The translations under genes and the position numbers were made by a program. This document shows, one piece after another, positions 37,327-46,119 of a DNA stretch of 64,000 nt (within the stretch, counting starts at the first letter, position 1; every line of letters starts with the position of its first letter). The notes below the pieces were generated by a model, which saw only the letters and a program-made list of their open reading frames with translations, was not told the origin of the DNA and did no database searches. The DNA is from a virus. The stretch lies in the IMG/VR virus record IMGVR_UViG_3300025383_000010; one strand, given 5' to 3'.

Positions 37327-37656
37327 ATGAAGATTAACGAACTGCTCATGGAATCGTTTGATGACGAAGAAGAACTTGACATCGTAGACGATCCGGATAC
37401 TGATAAGGTTCCTCACATCGTAATGCAGTTCAAGAAGGCTCTTGACAACGGTGGTCGTTCGCCTGTTATCTTCAAGGACGGTGATAAGGTGAGCATCCCT
37501 GTTGCTGTTATGGCTGACTTCCTAAACGGCTATGATTCAATGAAGCCGTTTGAGCGTGAAGAATTGCAGAAGGTTGCAACTCAGAGCCTAGAACACTTCA
37601 AGGAAGCACTTCGTACTATGAAGCGTAACACTATGCATAAGAGTATCTACCGTTAA
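37327..37656 (+). CDS. Hypothetical protein, putative internal head protein
   Basis: MKINELLME N-terminus. Confidence 0.65.
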   Translation: MKINELLMESFDDEEELDIVDDPDTDKVPHIVMQFKKALDNGGRSPVIFKDGDKVSIPVAVMADFLNGYDSMKPFEREELQKVATQSLEHFKEALRTMKRNTMHKSIYR

Positions 37657-37762
37657 TTTGACCTACGTCAAAACCGTGTAGTTATTTTTACTCCCATATT
37701 GCTAAATACATATGAAGCCCGTAGTTAATCTACGGGTTTCCTATAATACAATAGGAGTACGA

Positions 37763-38044
37763 ATGGGAGAGTTCTTTAATTTAGTAGCCCAGGTTGGCTT
37801 TCCAATCGCTGCTGCATGTGGCGCTGGTTACTTCGTATTCCTTACATTGAAGTTTATTCTTGCGGGTGTGTCTGGTAGCGTATCAGGCATGAAAGGGATC
37901 ATTTCTTCTCTTGACAATCGTGTTAAGACAATGAACCATGATGTCATTCGAATTGATACAGTAGTTAGTAATGCTCTTGGCCTAAAACCAGACGTAGATC
38001 GCATTGCTCGTGCTGATGGTAAGACGGATGCAAGGAGAGACTAA
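37763..38044 (+). CDS. Small membrane protein (GFPI motif, YvrJ-like)
   Basis: AGGAG RBS then MGEFFNLVAQVGFPIAAACGAGYFVF; coiled-coil-like tail. Confidence 0.7.
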   Translation: MGEFFNLVAQVGFPIAAACGAGYFVFLTLKFILAGVSGSVSGMKGIISSLDNRVKTMNHDVIRIDTVVSNALGLKPDVDRIARADGKTDARRD

Positions 38045-38196
38045 TGCTTATTGTAGAATGTTGGCTAGACGTTCATAATAATGGAAGCATCACGATAGAT
38101 GAAGATGCGTCCAGACATTTGAAGGTTGAGGAAGGAGACGAGTTTGTTGCGTTTATACGTGATGAACGTGTGATATTGGTAAAGAAGAAGAAATAA
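38044..38196 (+). CDS. Small AbrB/MazE/SpoVT-like protein, 50 aa (absent from the ORF track)
   Basis: MLIVECWLDVHNNGSITIDEDASRHLKVEEGDEFVAFIRDERVILVKKKK*; AAGGAG RBS; fills the gap exactly. Confidence 0.6.
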   Translation: MLIVECWLDVHNNGSITIDEDASRHLKVEEGDEFVAFIRDERVILVKKKK

Positions 38197-38505
38197 ATGG
38201 GCAGTGGATTAGCAGACTTAATCAACAAATATGGATTCCCCATCATTGCTGCTGGCGGCATGGGATACCTCATATATTATGTATGGGAGTGGGCAACCAA
38301 AGAAGTTAAGCCTGTTCTCAGTGAAGCTAATACCACGTTGATTGCTCTAATTGATCGCATTAGAATGCTAGACAATGACTTGATTCGTTTAAATCAAAAA
38401 GTGAACACCGTATTGCACTTGCGCGGTAAGACTATTGAGCATGAACGTGTTGAAGCAGAACATATTATCAACCAGCCAAAGAAAGCAGAAGAACATAAGA
38501 AATAA
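38197..38505 (+). CDS. Small membrane protein, paralogue of 37763..38044
   Basis: DLINKYGFPIIAAGGMGYLIYYVW...LIDRIRMLDNDLIRL versus LDNRVKTMNHDVIRI. Confidence 0.7.
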   Translation: MGSGLADLINKYGFPIIAAGGMGYLIYYVWEWATKEVKPVLSEANTTLIALIDRIRMLDNDLIRLNQKVNTVLHLRGKTIEHERVEAEHIINQPKKAEEHKK

Positions 38506-38521
38506 TACTAGGGAGAGAATA

Positions 38522-38968
38522 ATGATAAGAAAAATAATGATATTACTTTCTCTATGTGCAAGTAGTACAGCATATGCAGATCCAATAGTACAGCAATTCA
38601 AAGACCCATCCTTTAGTGGCTATGGCTGGTCTACTCATGTCCTACAAGTTGAAGCAGCAATGGAAGCACATAAAGCATCAAACGATAATGCTATTGCTAC
38701 TGCTCAAGCAAATGCTGTATCAGCCGCTGCAAATACTCCATTAGCAAAGTTCATCAATCTATTCACTAGCCAAGTATATGCACAACTTGCTACACAGTTG
38801 TCTAATAATCTATTTCAAACAGGTGGCTCGGCTACTACTGGCACATTTAACTTAGATGGTAACACTATTAGCTATGTGAAAACAGGAACTAATGTTCAAC
38901 TTACTGTAATAGACAAGACGGGTAATCAAACTGTAGTAACAGTTCCGATTGCTACGTTTGCGTTTTAA
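38522..38968 (+). CDS. csgF: Curli assembly factor CsgF-like
   Basis: Signal peptide then DPIVQQFKDPSFSG (F.NPSF.G-like); QVYAQLA.QL..NLF; directly upstream of csgG. Confidence 0.75.
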   Translation: MIRKIMILLSLCASSTAYADPIVQQFKDPSFSGYGWSTHVLQVEAAMEAHKASNDNAIATAQANAVSAAANTPLAKFINLFTSQVYAQLATQLSNNLFQTGGSATTGTFNLDGNTISYVKTGTNVQLTVIDKTGNQTVVTVPIATFAF

Positions 38969-38978
38969 GGAGTAAGTT

Positions 38979-39806
38979 ATGAAGAAACTTATTCTATTAT
39001 TAGCTGCTACCACGATGCTTACAGGGTGTGTTGGTGCAATACATCCTAGACTAAACCAAGACAACGAATTATTACGCTCTAAGCCAAAAGTAGTTACTTT
39101 TGCTAATAAAAAAGTGTTCGATTCTATTCCTGAATTAGATGGGCCACCAATTCCTATTGCAGTATATGCATTCACAGATAAGACTGGACAAAGAAAGCCA
39201 TCATCAACTACAGCGTCATTTAGTAGCGCAGTAACACAAGGCGGTGAGGCTTATCTAATCAAGACATTGGGTGATGCGGCAGGCGGCAAATGGTTTAAAC
39301 CAGTTGAACGTGTTGGCATTGATAGTCTCATTAAAGAACGTCAATTGATTCGTCAAATGCGTGAACAAGAATTCGGTGAAAAGGCTGAACCTCTGCCGCC
39401 ATTAATGGTTGCAGGCCTTATCATTGAAGGTGGTATTATTGATTACAATAGTAACACTAAAACAGGAGGTAATGGTGTTCGTTACTTAGGAATAGGTCCG
39501 AACACTCAGTACAGTGAAGATATGGTCGTCATCAGTATGCGACTTGTATCAACACAAACCGGTGAAGTGCTAGATAGTGTTACTGTAACCAAGACAGTAC
39601 TATCAACATCTGAAGGGATCACTGCTTTTAAGTTCTTTGATTTAGGAACACAAGCATTTGAACTTGACGGGCAGCAAACAGCAAACGAACCGGGAAGTTA
39701 TGCTATACGCAGTGCCATAGAACTCGGTGTAGCAGAACTAATTAAAAGTGGTGAAAAGAAAGGACTTTGGCACTATAAAACCACTATTACTAAAGCAACA
39801 AAATAA
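38979..39806 (+). CDS. csgG: Curli secretion channel lipoprotein CsgG
   Basis: Lipobox MLTGC; AVYAFTDKTGQRKP..SFSSAVTQG; WFKPVERVG; KERQLIR; EGGIIDY..N..TGG.G..YLGIG. Confidence 0.92.
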   Translation: MKKLILLLAATTMLTGCVGAIHPRLNQDNELLRSKPKVVTFANKKVFDSIPELDGPPIPIAVYAFTDKTGQRKPSSTTASFSSAVTQGGEAYLIKTLGDAAGGKWFKPVERVGIDSLIKERQLIRQMREQEFGEKAEPLPPLMVAGLIIEGGIIDYNSNTKTGGNGVRYLGIGPNTQYSEDMVVISMRLVSTQTGEVLDSVTVTKTVLSTSEGITAFKFFDLGTQAFELDGQQTANEPGSYAIRSAIELGVAELIKSGEKKGLWHYKTTITKATK

Positions 39807-39817
39807 GGATTATAACG

Positions 39818-40612
39818 ATGAAAATAATAATGAAAGCACTAATTCTTGGTTCGTTGTTGGTATCGGGCACTGCATTTGCTCAGCAAGCAAGCACTCCTAC
39901 TACAGCAGTTCTTCCTACTGCGCCGACTCCTCCTGCTATTGTAACTACTTCACCGAACGAAGTTGAAGCAGCAGCAGTGGCAACAACTAACAAAGTATAC
40001 ATCAATCAGTCAGGCGGTAGTGTGAATGTCAACATTCAACAGACTGGCACTGCTGATATAGTCGGCACATTAGCTGATCCTATCTATCTACGTGGTGATA
40101 GCAACGCTGTTACTGTTATTCAAACTGGTAACAGCAACACACTATTAATGGGTATTGTCGGTGATACTGGCGCAGGAACAGGCACCAATTCTACTATTAG
40201 ACAGATTGGAAACAACAACAGTGCTGATATTCGTTGCGGAACTTATCAGAATGATGCAAATTGTAATGGATTGAATCTAAATGACAAGTTTGTTGGTAAC
40301 AACAATACTCTTGCATTCCACGGCGCAGCAGCAAACATTACACAAACAATTGATACTAACGGCAACAATAATGCAATTACTGTTACTGTCACTGCTCCTA
40401 ATTCTTCACAGAACTTGTATTTCACTGGTGATAGCAACACTATCAATGTAACACAAACTGATACGGCCGGCACATACGGGCACAGTTTATGGGCCAACTT
40501 CACTGGAAGCAACAACACGGTAACAACGCAGCAGTATGGTGCGTCAGAAACTGTTGTTCACATTCAAAGTGTAGGGTCTAATGGCGTTTACAATATCAAA
40601 ACTGGTCACTAA
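39818..40612 (+). CDS. Curlin-like repeat protein (CsgA/CsgB-like)
   Basis: Sec signal; repeats VIQTGNSN, IRQIGNNN, DTNGNNN, FTGSNN; Asn/Gln/Gly/Thr-rich. Confidence 0.75.
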   Translation: MKIIMKALILGSLLVSGTAFAQQASTPTTAVLPTAPTPPAIVTTSPNEVEAAAVATTNKVYINQSGGSVNVNIQQTGTADIVGTLADPIYLRGDSNAVTVIQTGNSNTLLMGIVGDTGAGTGTNSTIRQIGNNNSADIRCGTYQNDANCNGLNLNDKFVGNNNTLAFHGAAANITQTIDTNGNNNAITVTVTAPNSSQNLYFTGDSNTINVTQTDTAGTYGHSLWANFTGSNNTVTTQQYGASETVVHIQSVGSNGVYNIKTGH

Positions 40613-41744
40613 GACTCTTGGAATCCTATTGCTTGCTTTAGCCTCACCCGCTTTAGCAAGCATAGGTTCCATAACAGAGGCAAAAGGCGGAGGGCAGATC
40701 AGAAGAGGGCCCAGTGCTATGCCTGCTGGTAGAGGTGCCGGCATTGAAAAGATGGATACTGTCTCTACTAATAGTCAAGGCAAGTTCAAGATAGTGTTTG
40801 TTGACGCTACTACAGTCAACATTACTGAAAATAGTAGACTTGTCATTGACGCCTTTGTGTTTGATAATAACAATAAAGCTAAAGGAAAATTAGGACTTAA
40901 GGTAGCATTAGGCACTGTGCGCTATGCATCAGGTGCTCTCGCTCACGGTAATCCAAAAGGTGTAAACATTCGCACACCAACTGCTACTATTGCTGTTCGT
41001 GGTACAGACTTTGTTATGAGTGTTGATGAAGCTGGCCGCTCAACAGTTGTTCTGGTTCCAAGTTGCTTTGACGATAAAGATATTACCAAAACAAACTTTG
41101 ATTGTCCAGCTGGCGCAATTGATGTTATAACGGCATCAGGTGTTGTGTCAATGACTAAGCCATTCCAAGCAACTGTTGTAGAGAATGCATTTGCTCCCCC
41201 AAGTCCGCCGGTCATCGTTAATCCAGCAATGAAAGCACTTAACAATACGATTCAGATTGCTCCACTAGCTACAGATGATGGGCAGAGCTTGCTTAAGGTA
41301 GCAAGAGAGGCAGTAAAAAAGTTTGTTAACCCTTCTAAAGCTGCATCAGATGATAACAAGGACCCTAACTCCGGAACAGGAGACAACGTTGAACAAGTTG
41401 CAATAGCTATTCAACCAAGACAGGCTACGCAAGCTGAGATTGAACAGGTCTATGAGGACATTAATGGTGCGTTACCTAAACAAACCATATACACAAACGT
41501 TTCACCCACGTATAGAAAGAAAATTCAAGAGGGTTGGGTCTATGCAAGAATATCTGATGATAAAAATCAGATAGTAGGAGTTTGGGTCCCTAAAGATTCA
41601 GAAGTACAAGTCGTATCATCACAGAATGGCATCGTTGACGCATATAACTTTATGGATCACAAATGGACTACATCAGGTACAGGTAGACCCCAAGGTACTA
41701 TCACTGTTATACAGAACGGTGCTCCACCGGACATGAACAAATGA
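40581..41744 (+). CDS. FecR-domain secreted/periplasmic protein
   Basis: Signal peptide; IVFVDATTVNITENSRLVID...GTVRY.SG...IRTPTATIAVRGTDF. Confidence 0.85.
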   Translation: MAFTISKLVTKTLGILLLALASPALASIGSITEAKGGGQIRRGPSAMPAGRGAGIEKMDTVSTNSQGKFKIVFVDATTVNITENSRLVIDAFVFDNNNKAKGKLGLKVALGTVRYASGALAHGNPKGVNIRTPTATIAVRGTDFVMSVDEAGRSTVVLVPSCFDDKDITKTNFDCPAGAIDVITASGVVSMTKPFQATVVENAFAPPSPPVIVNPAMKALNNTIQIAPLATDDGQSLLKVAREAVKKFVNPSKAASDDNKDPNSGTGDNVEQVAIAIQPRQATQAEIEQVYEDINGALPKQTIYTNVSPTYRKKIQEGWVYARISDDKNQIVGVWVPKDSEVQVVSSQNGIVDAYNFMDHKWTTSGTGRPQGTITVIQNGAPPDMNK

Positions 41745-42928
41745 GAAAGTTAATTGCTCTCTTTATGTTATTGTGGTCGTCAATGGCCTATGCCACTACG
41801 TTTGCTGATCTAAAGTTTGGTGCCGCACAATTCAGCGATACACAATGGAATGTCAGTGCTTGTTTATATACGAATACTTGTCAAATCTATAGCCTCAGTG
41901 GTATAGGAACAAGTTGGAATACTGGATCACCATATCATCTTTCATCAACTCAGTATATACAGTTCTCACCGAGCGGCAATCCAAGTTACCCCTGGACGAT
42001 GAAAGTCTATAATAGCAATGGAACACTTGTCGCTAATCTAGGCAATGGCAAATTAACTGTGCAGGGATTAGGTACCGATAGCTCAGGTCACCATTTCTTC
42101 TTCTTCACTAACGCTAACTATAACGGTACTGTATTCAGCACTGACTATGGTTTTCCCAACAACAATGGATTCAGCTTTACTGGTACATTGAATCCTACAA
42201 CTACACAGACTGATAGTTTTGCTAGTAGTGGTTCAACTACTCCACTAAATGCAGGTCAAACATATACTTCTGCTCCTACCTACCCTCTAGCAACTATTAC
42301 GTCAACCGAACAAACTAAGATCAACCAGACAACAACTATTGGTTACAATTCAGTCTATATCAGTCAATCAGGTGGCGATAATACAAATGTCACTGTCACT
42401 CAGACGGGAGACTTCAATGCTGTACGAGGAGTTAATGGTACTCAATCTTTCACTATCACAGGTGGATCAAATGCGTTGAATGTCACACAGGGTAGTCAGA
42501 CTATATCAGGGTATCATAACCTAGTTGAAGGTTCTATTAATGGAACAGGGAACAATTTGACGATAAATCAGCAGGGTACCGCAAATTATGAACAAGCATT
42601 GATCAGTGGTAACGCAAATGTTATTAGCAACCAGTTATCAGGTGGTAATAAAAGTTTGTTTGAGAATGTATCTAACAATAATAACACCATAAACACTTCT
42701 CAGGTAGGTACTGGCAATCACTTTCTAGAACTAAACATACCAACGAGCGGAAACAATGTATCTGTCACACAATCGGGCGCAGCACAGAAAATGTTCTCTT
42801 TAACGCTAAATAATAATAACATCGGCGTAACTGTAACTCAAGATAACGCAACTACTAGTGATAGTGCTGCTATGTCTATCACTTGCACTTCCGGCCCATG
42901 TACTGGATACACATACACGAAACACTAA
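41741..42928 (+). CDS. Secreted protein with N-terminal beta domain and C-terminal curlin-like repeats
   Basis: Signal peptide; YISQSGGDN, VTQTGDFN, INQQGTAN, TSQVGTGN, VTQSGAAQ; terminal CTSGPC. Confidence 0.7.
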   Translation: MRKLIALFMLLWSSMAYATTFADLKFGAAQFSDTQWNVSACLYTNTCQIYSLSGIGTSWNTGSPYHLSSTQYIQFSPSGNPSYPWTMKVYNSNGTLVANLGNGKLTVQGLGTDSSGHHFFFFTNANYNGTVFSTDYGFPNNNGFSFTGTLNPTTTQTDSFASSGSTTPLNAGQTYTSAPTYPLATITSTEQTKINQTTTIGYNSVYISQSGGDNTNVTVTQTGDFNAVRGVNGTQSFTITGGSNALNVTQGSQTISGYHNLVEGSINGTGNNLTINQQGTANYEQALISGNANVISNQLSGGNKSLFENVSNNNNTINTSQVGTGNHFLELNIPTSGNNVSVTQSGAAQKMFSLTLNNNNIGVTVTQDNATTSDSAAMSITCTSGPCTGYTYTKH

Positions 42929-42938
42929 AGGATAGTTT

Positions 42939-44993
42939 ATGAATAAGTTAAAGAAAGTTTTATTGAGTCCCTGGCTAGCATTATTTACAGTAGGATTACT
43001 TCTTGTTGTTAAGTTAAGCAATCCATATATGGTTGACGCAATGAAACTTAAGTTCTATGACTATTTGATGCTAGGTAAGCCAGTACATTCGGAACAGATT
43101 GTAGTTGCAAATATCGGGGAGAAAGCGATTGAGAAATATGGGCAGTATCCTTTTCCAAGGGAAGTTTATGCTAAGATTATTACTGATATTTATGGCAGAG
43201 GTGCTGGTCTTGTCGGCAGTACTATTCTTATGCCTGAATCTGATCGCTTTGGCACCGACCACGTACTAGTAGATACACTAAAGAAGTATCCGGTTGTACT
43301 TAGTCAGACTGTAACGTCGGATTGCTCTGCATCAAGGAAAGACCAAACGATTCGTCGGACTGGAGTTGCTGTGATTGGGGACGGGCAACCATCCGAGTTC
43401 TTACCTCAATATCCATGTGTCTTATCCAATATCTCAAGTTTTCAAGATGCTGCCGTAGGGGTAGGTATAACTTCAACTCTTCCTGAATCTGATGGTGTTG
43501 TTCGTCGTGTACCCCTGCTTGCCCAATCAAAAGGCGAATTTTATCCTGCGTTTGGGCTTGAGTTAATTCGAGTTGCGTCAGGAGATCCTTCATACCAAGC
43601 GAAGGTAAATCAGACAGGTGTTGAGGCATTACGTGTTCCTTCTTTCAATACTATTAAAACTGATGAATATGGTCGCGTTTTTACGAACCCGAATTACGTA
43701 TTCTCATCGTTTGAAGTAGGCGAGAATATTCCTCGTCTCGATGGTAAGATCGTTCTACTCGGTGTGACTGCGAATGGCGTTGTAAATCCCGTAGCAACTC
43801 CAAATGGTGCCCAAATGCCGCATCAGCTTCAGGCCAGTCTTCTTCAGACGTTGATAAATGGGGATTCAGTGTCAATTCCGAATTGGGTAAGTCTGGTTGA
43901 TCTTGCTGCATTCTTCATCCTTTCACTTGCAATCATCATTCTATCAAGAGTACGCTACTCTATAGTTTGGATACTTATATTACTAGCAGGCTATGTATAC
44001 GCACCATATTATCTATATGCACACAACAAGATTCTAGTTGACATTTCATTCAACGTTGTTGCAGCAGTGCTTATTTATATGCATATCTATACTGCAAAGT
44101 TTATTAGTGAGTTCCTTCAAAAGCAACAGATTAAGAAACAGTTTGGTACTTACTTGTCACCTGATCTTGTCGCACAATTGCAGCGTCAACCTGACCTACT
44201 ACAACTAGGCGGCACCGAACAAGAACTATCAATTATGTTCACCGACGTTCGTGGATTCACTACAATTAGTGAACACTATGGTAAAGATGTTCAAGGCTTG
44301 ACAAAGATCATGAACCGCTATATGACTGCTATGACTAAGGCAATTTTAGAAAACAAGGGTACGCTTGATAAGTATATCGGTGATGCTCAAATGGCTTTCT
44401 GGAACGCACCATTGAACAATGAGCAACATGCATTGGACTCAGTAAGAACTGCGTTCCAAATGCTTAAATCGTTAGAGGACTTCAATGCAGAAATTAAAGA
44501 AGAAGGCATACCAGCTTTTGGAATGGGTCTCGGTATTAATACTGATACCGTTGTTGTTGGCAATATGGGTAGTGATCAGCGTTTTGACTATACTTGCCTC
44601 GGTGACGGAGTTAATTTGGCGTCTCGTCTCGAAGGTCAAAGCAAACCATATGGCGTCAAAATCATCATTGGACCAAAGACCGCCGAGTATGTACGACATA
44701 CATACCAAGTCATTGAACTTGACTTACTTGCAGTCAAGGGAAAGACAGAACCTGTAAAAATCTACACTGTTCTTGAGAGTTTTTATGAAGAAGATGAGAA
44801 AGCTCATATTCGCTTCCTAGATTATTATCGTAAGGGTGAGTGGGAAACAGCAGAAACTTTTGCTCATAACTTAAAGAAATCTTGGAATGGTGAATTAGAT
44901 AAGTACTATGATGCAATGATTGAAAGAATTGAAGAATACAAGGCTAACCCACCAAGTAACTGGGACGGCGTGTATAGAGCAACTTCTAAATAA
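42939..44993 (+). CDS. CHASE2-domain class III adenylate cyclase (membrane sensor)
   Basis: CHASE2 (YGQYPFPR, DGVVRRVPL), TM helices, MFTDVRGFT, DKYIGDA.MAFWNAP, RFDYT.LGD.VNLASRLEG. Confidence 0.93.
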   Translation: MNKLKKVLLSPWLALFTVGLLLVVKLSNPYMVDAMKLKFYDYLMLGKPVHSEQIVVANIGEKAIEKYGQYPFPREVYAKIITDIYGRGAGLVGSTILMPESDRFGTDHVLVDTLKKYPVVLSQTVTSDCSASRKDQTIRRTGVAVIGDGQPSEFLPQYPCVLSNISSFQDAAVGVGITSTLPESDGVVRRVPLLAQSKGEFYPAFGLELIRVASGDPSYQAKVNQTGVEALRVPSFNTIKTDEYGRVFTNPNYVFSSFEVGENIPRLDGKIVLLGVTANGVVNPVATPNGAQMPHQLQASLLQTLINGDSVSIPNWVSLVDLAAFFILSLAIIILSRVRYSIVWILILLAGYVYAPYYLYAHNKILVDISFNVVAAVLIYMHIYTAKFISEFLQKQQIKKQFGTYLSPDLVAQLQRQPDLLQLGGTEQELSIMFTDVRGFTTISEHYGKDVQGLTKIMNRYMTAMTKAILENKGTLDKYIGDAQMAFWNAPLNNEQHALDSVRTAFQMLKSLEDFNAEIKEEGIPAFGMGLGINTDTVVVGNMGSDQRFDYTCLGDGVNLASRLEGQSKPYGVKIIIGPKTAEYVRHTYQVIELDLLAVKGKTEPVKIYTVLESFYEEDEKAHIRFLDYYRKGEWETAETFAHNLKKSWNGELDKYYDAMIERIEEYKANPPSNWDGVYRATSK

Positions 44994-45020
44994 GTAGGGT
45001 TGCTAAAAAGGAGAAGTAAA

Positions 45021-45230
45021 ATGAAGAAACTACTACTAGCAACTGCTGTTCTAATGGGAGCAACATCTGCATGTGCGTCTACCCCAGCCCCTAAGGGACA
45101 TTGGGTACAGGGTGCAAACAAGATGGCAATTTTTGTTCCAGCTAAGAATGAAGCAAACTGCAAGCTAACTGGCCCAAGTTGGACTCCTGGTCCACGTGGC
45201 GTGTTTGGCTATCATTATAATTGCAAGTAA
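45021..45230 (+). CDS. Small secreted protein
   Basis: AGGAG RBS; signal-like MKKLLLATAVLMGATSAC. Confidence 0.55.
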   Translation: MKKLLLATAVLMGATSACASTPAPKGHWVQGANKMAIFVPAKNEANCKLTGPSWTPGPRGVFGYHYNCK

Positions 45231-45323
45231 TTGCCCAAATAAATTGCAGTTAATGCAATAATACTGTAAATAGTATAGAAGACTCATGCATACTGCATGT
45301 CTCTATCATATAAAGGATATACT

Positions 45324-46046
45324 ATGATTTTTAAGAAGACTATTCTCGCAGTAGTTGCTGCTCTTGGATTCGCTTCCGCTGCACACGCTACTGATCTTTC
45401 CGGCAATATCACTGTTTCGTCAGACTATCGTTATCGCGGCGTCAGCCAAACTAACGTAGGACCTGAAGTATCGGGTAACCTTGACGTTACTGATAAGAGC
45501 GGTCTATATGCAGGCACGTTCTTTAGTAACGTTTCTAGTGAATATTACACCGGTGGGGCTGGTTACGAAGAAGATTTTTACGTTGGATACAAGCATGAAG
45601 TTGCTAAGGGTCTTACTCTTGACGTAGGTTCTTACACTGACACTTACTTCCATGCTAAGAACGGTAATGTTTCGTATACTACTAGTGAAGCATATCTTGC
45701 TGCTACATATGGTCCAGTTACTGTAAAGGGTAGCCACTCTTTCACTAACTACTTTGGTATTCCAAATACCCATGGCACTCATTATGTAACTGCTGATGTT
45801 TCTCAGCCAGTTGGTCCAGTTACTTTGATCGCACACTATGGTCATACGTTCACTGCACACCACAATAACTACGACTATAATGACATTAACTTCGGCGCTA
45901 GCTATAATCTCCCTAAGGGATTCACTGTTACTGGTCTTTACTATGTCAACACCAATGAAGGTGCAGGCATGAAGGCATACAACAGTGTTAATGGTCATGG
46001 ACTTTATGGAAATAACTTTGTTGTTTCTTTGAAGAAGAACTTCTAA
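45324..46046 (+). CDS. TorF/Gcw_chp-family outer-membrane beta-barrel porin
   Basis: Signal peptide; SGNITVSSDYRYRGVSQT..GP; LYAGTF.SNV; E.D.YVGY; C-terminal SLKKNF. Confidence 0.85.
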   Translation: MIFKKTILAVVAALGFASAAHATDLSGNITVSSDYRYRGVSQTNVGPEVSGNLDVTDKSGLYAGTFFSNVSSEYYTGGAGYEEDFYVGYKHEVAKGLTLDVGSYTDTYFHAKNGNVSYTTSEAYLAATYGPVTVKGSHSFTNYFGIPNTHGTHYVTADVSQPVGPVTLIAHYGHTFTAHHNNYDYNDINFGASYNLPKGFTVTGLYYVNTNEGAGMKAYNSVNGHGLYGNNFVVSLKKNF

Positions 46047-46069
46047 GTAACACTTAATAGTCACTTTAC

Positions 46070-46105
46070 TAACGGCGGGGAGTAAAATCCTCGCCGTTAT
46101 TTTTT
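46070..46105 (+). terminator. Intrinsic terminator ending the curli/cyclase/porin block
   Basis: TAACGGCGGGGA-GTAAAA-TCCTCGCCGTTA followed by TTTTTT. Confidence 0.85.
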
Positions 46106-46119
46106 GTCTAAATATATCT

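Noticed and set aside
37700-46105. Host contamination or misassembly explaining the curli/cyclase block
   Set aside because: Same AT-rich style, tight gene packing and phage late-promoter-like motifs as the flanks, with no integrase or IS ends; read-level confirmation was not possible
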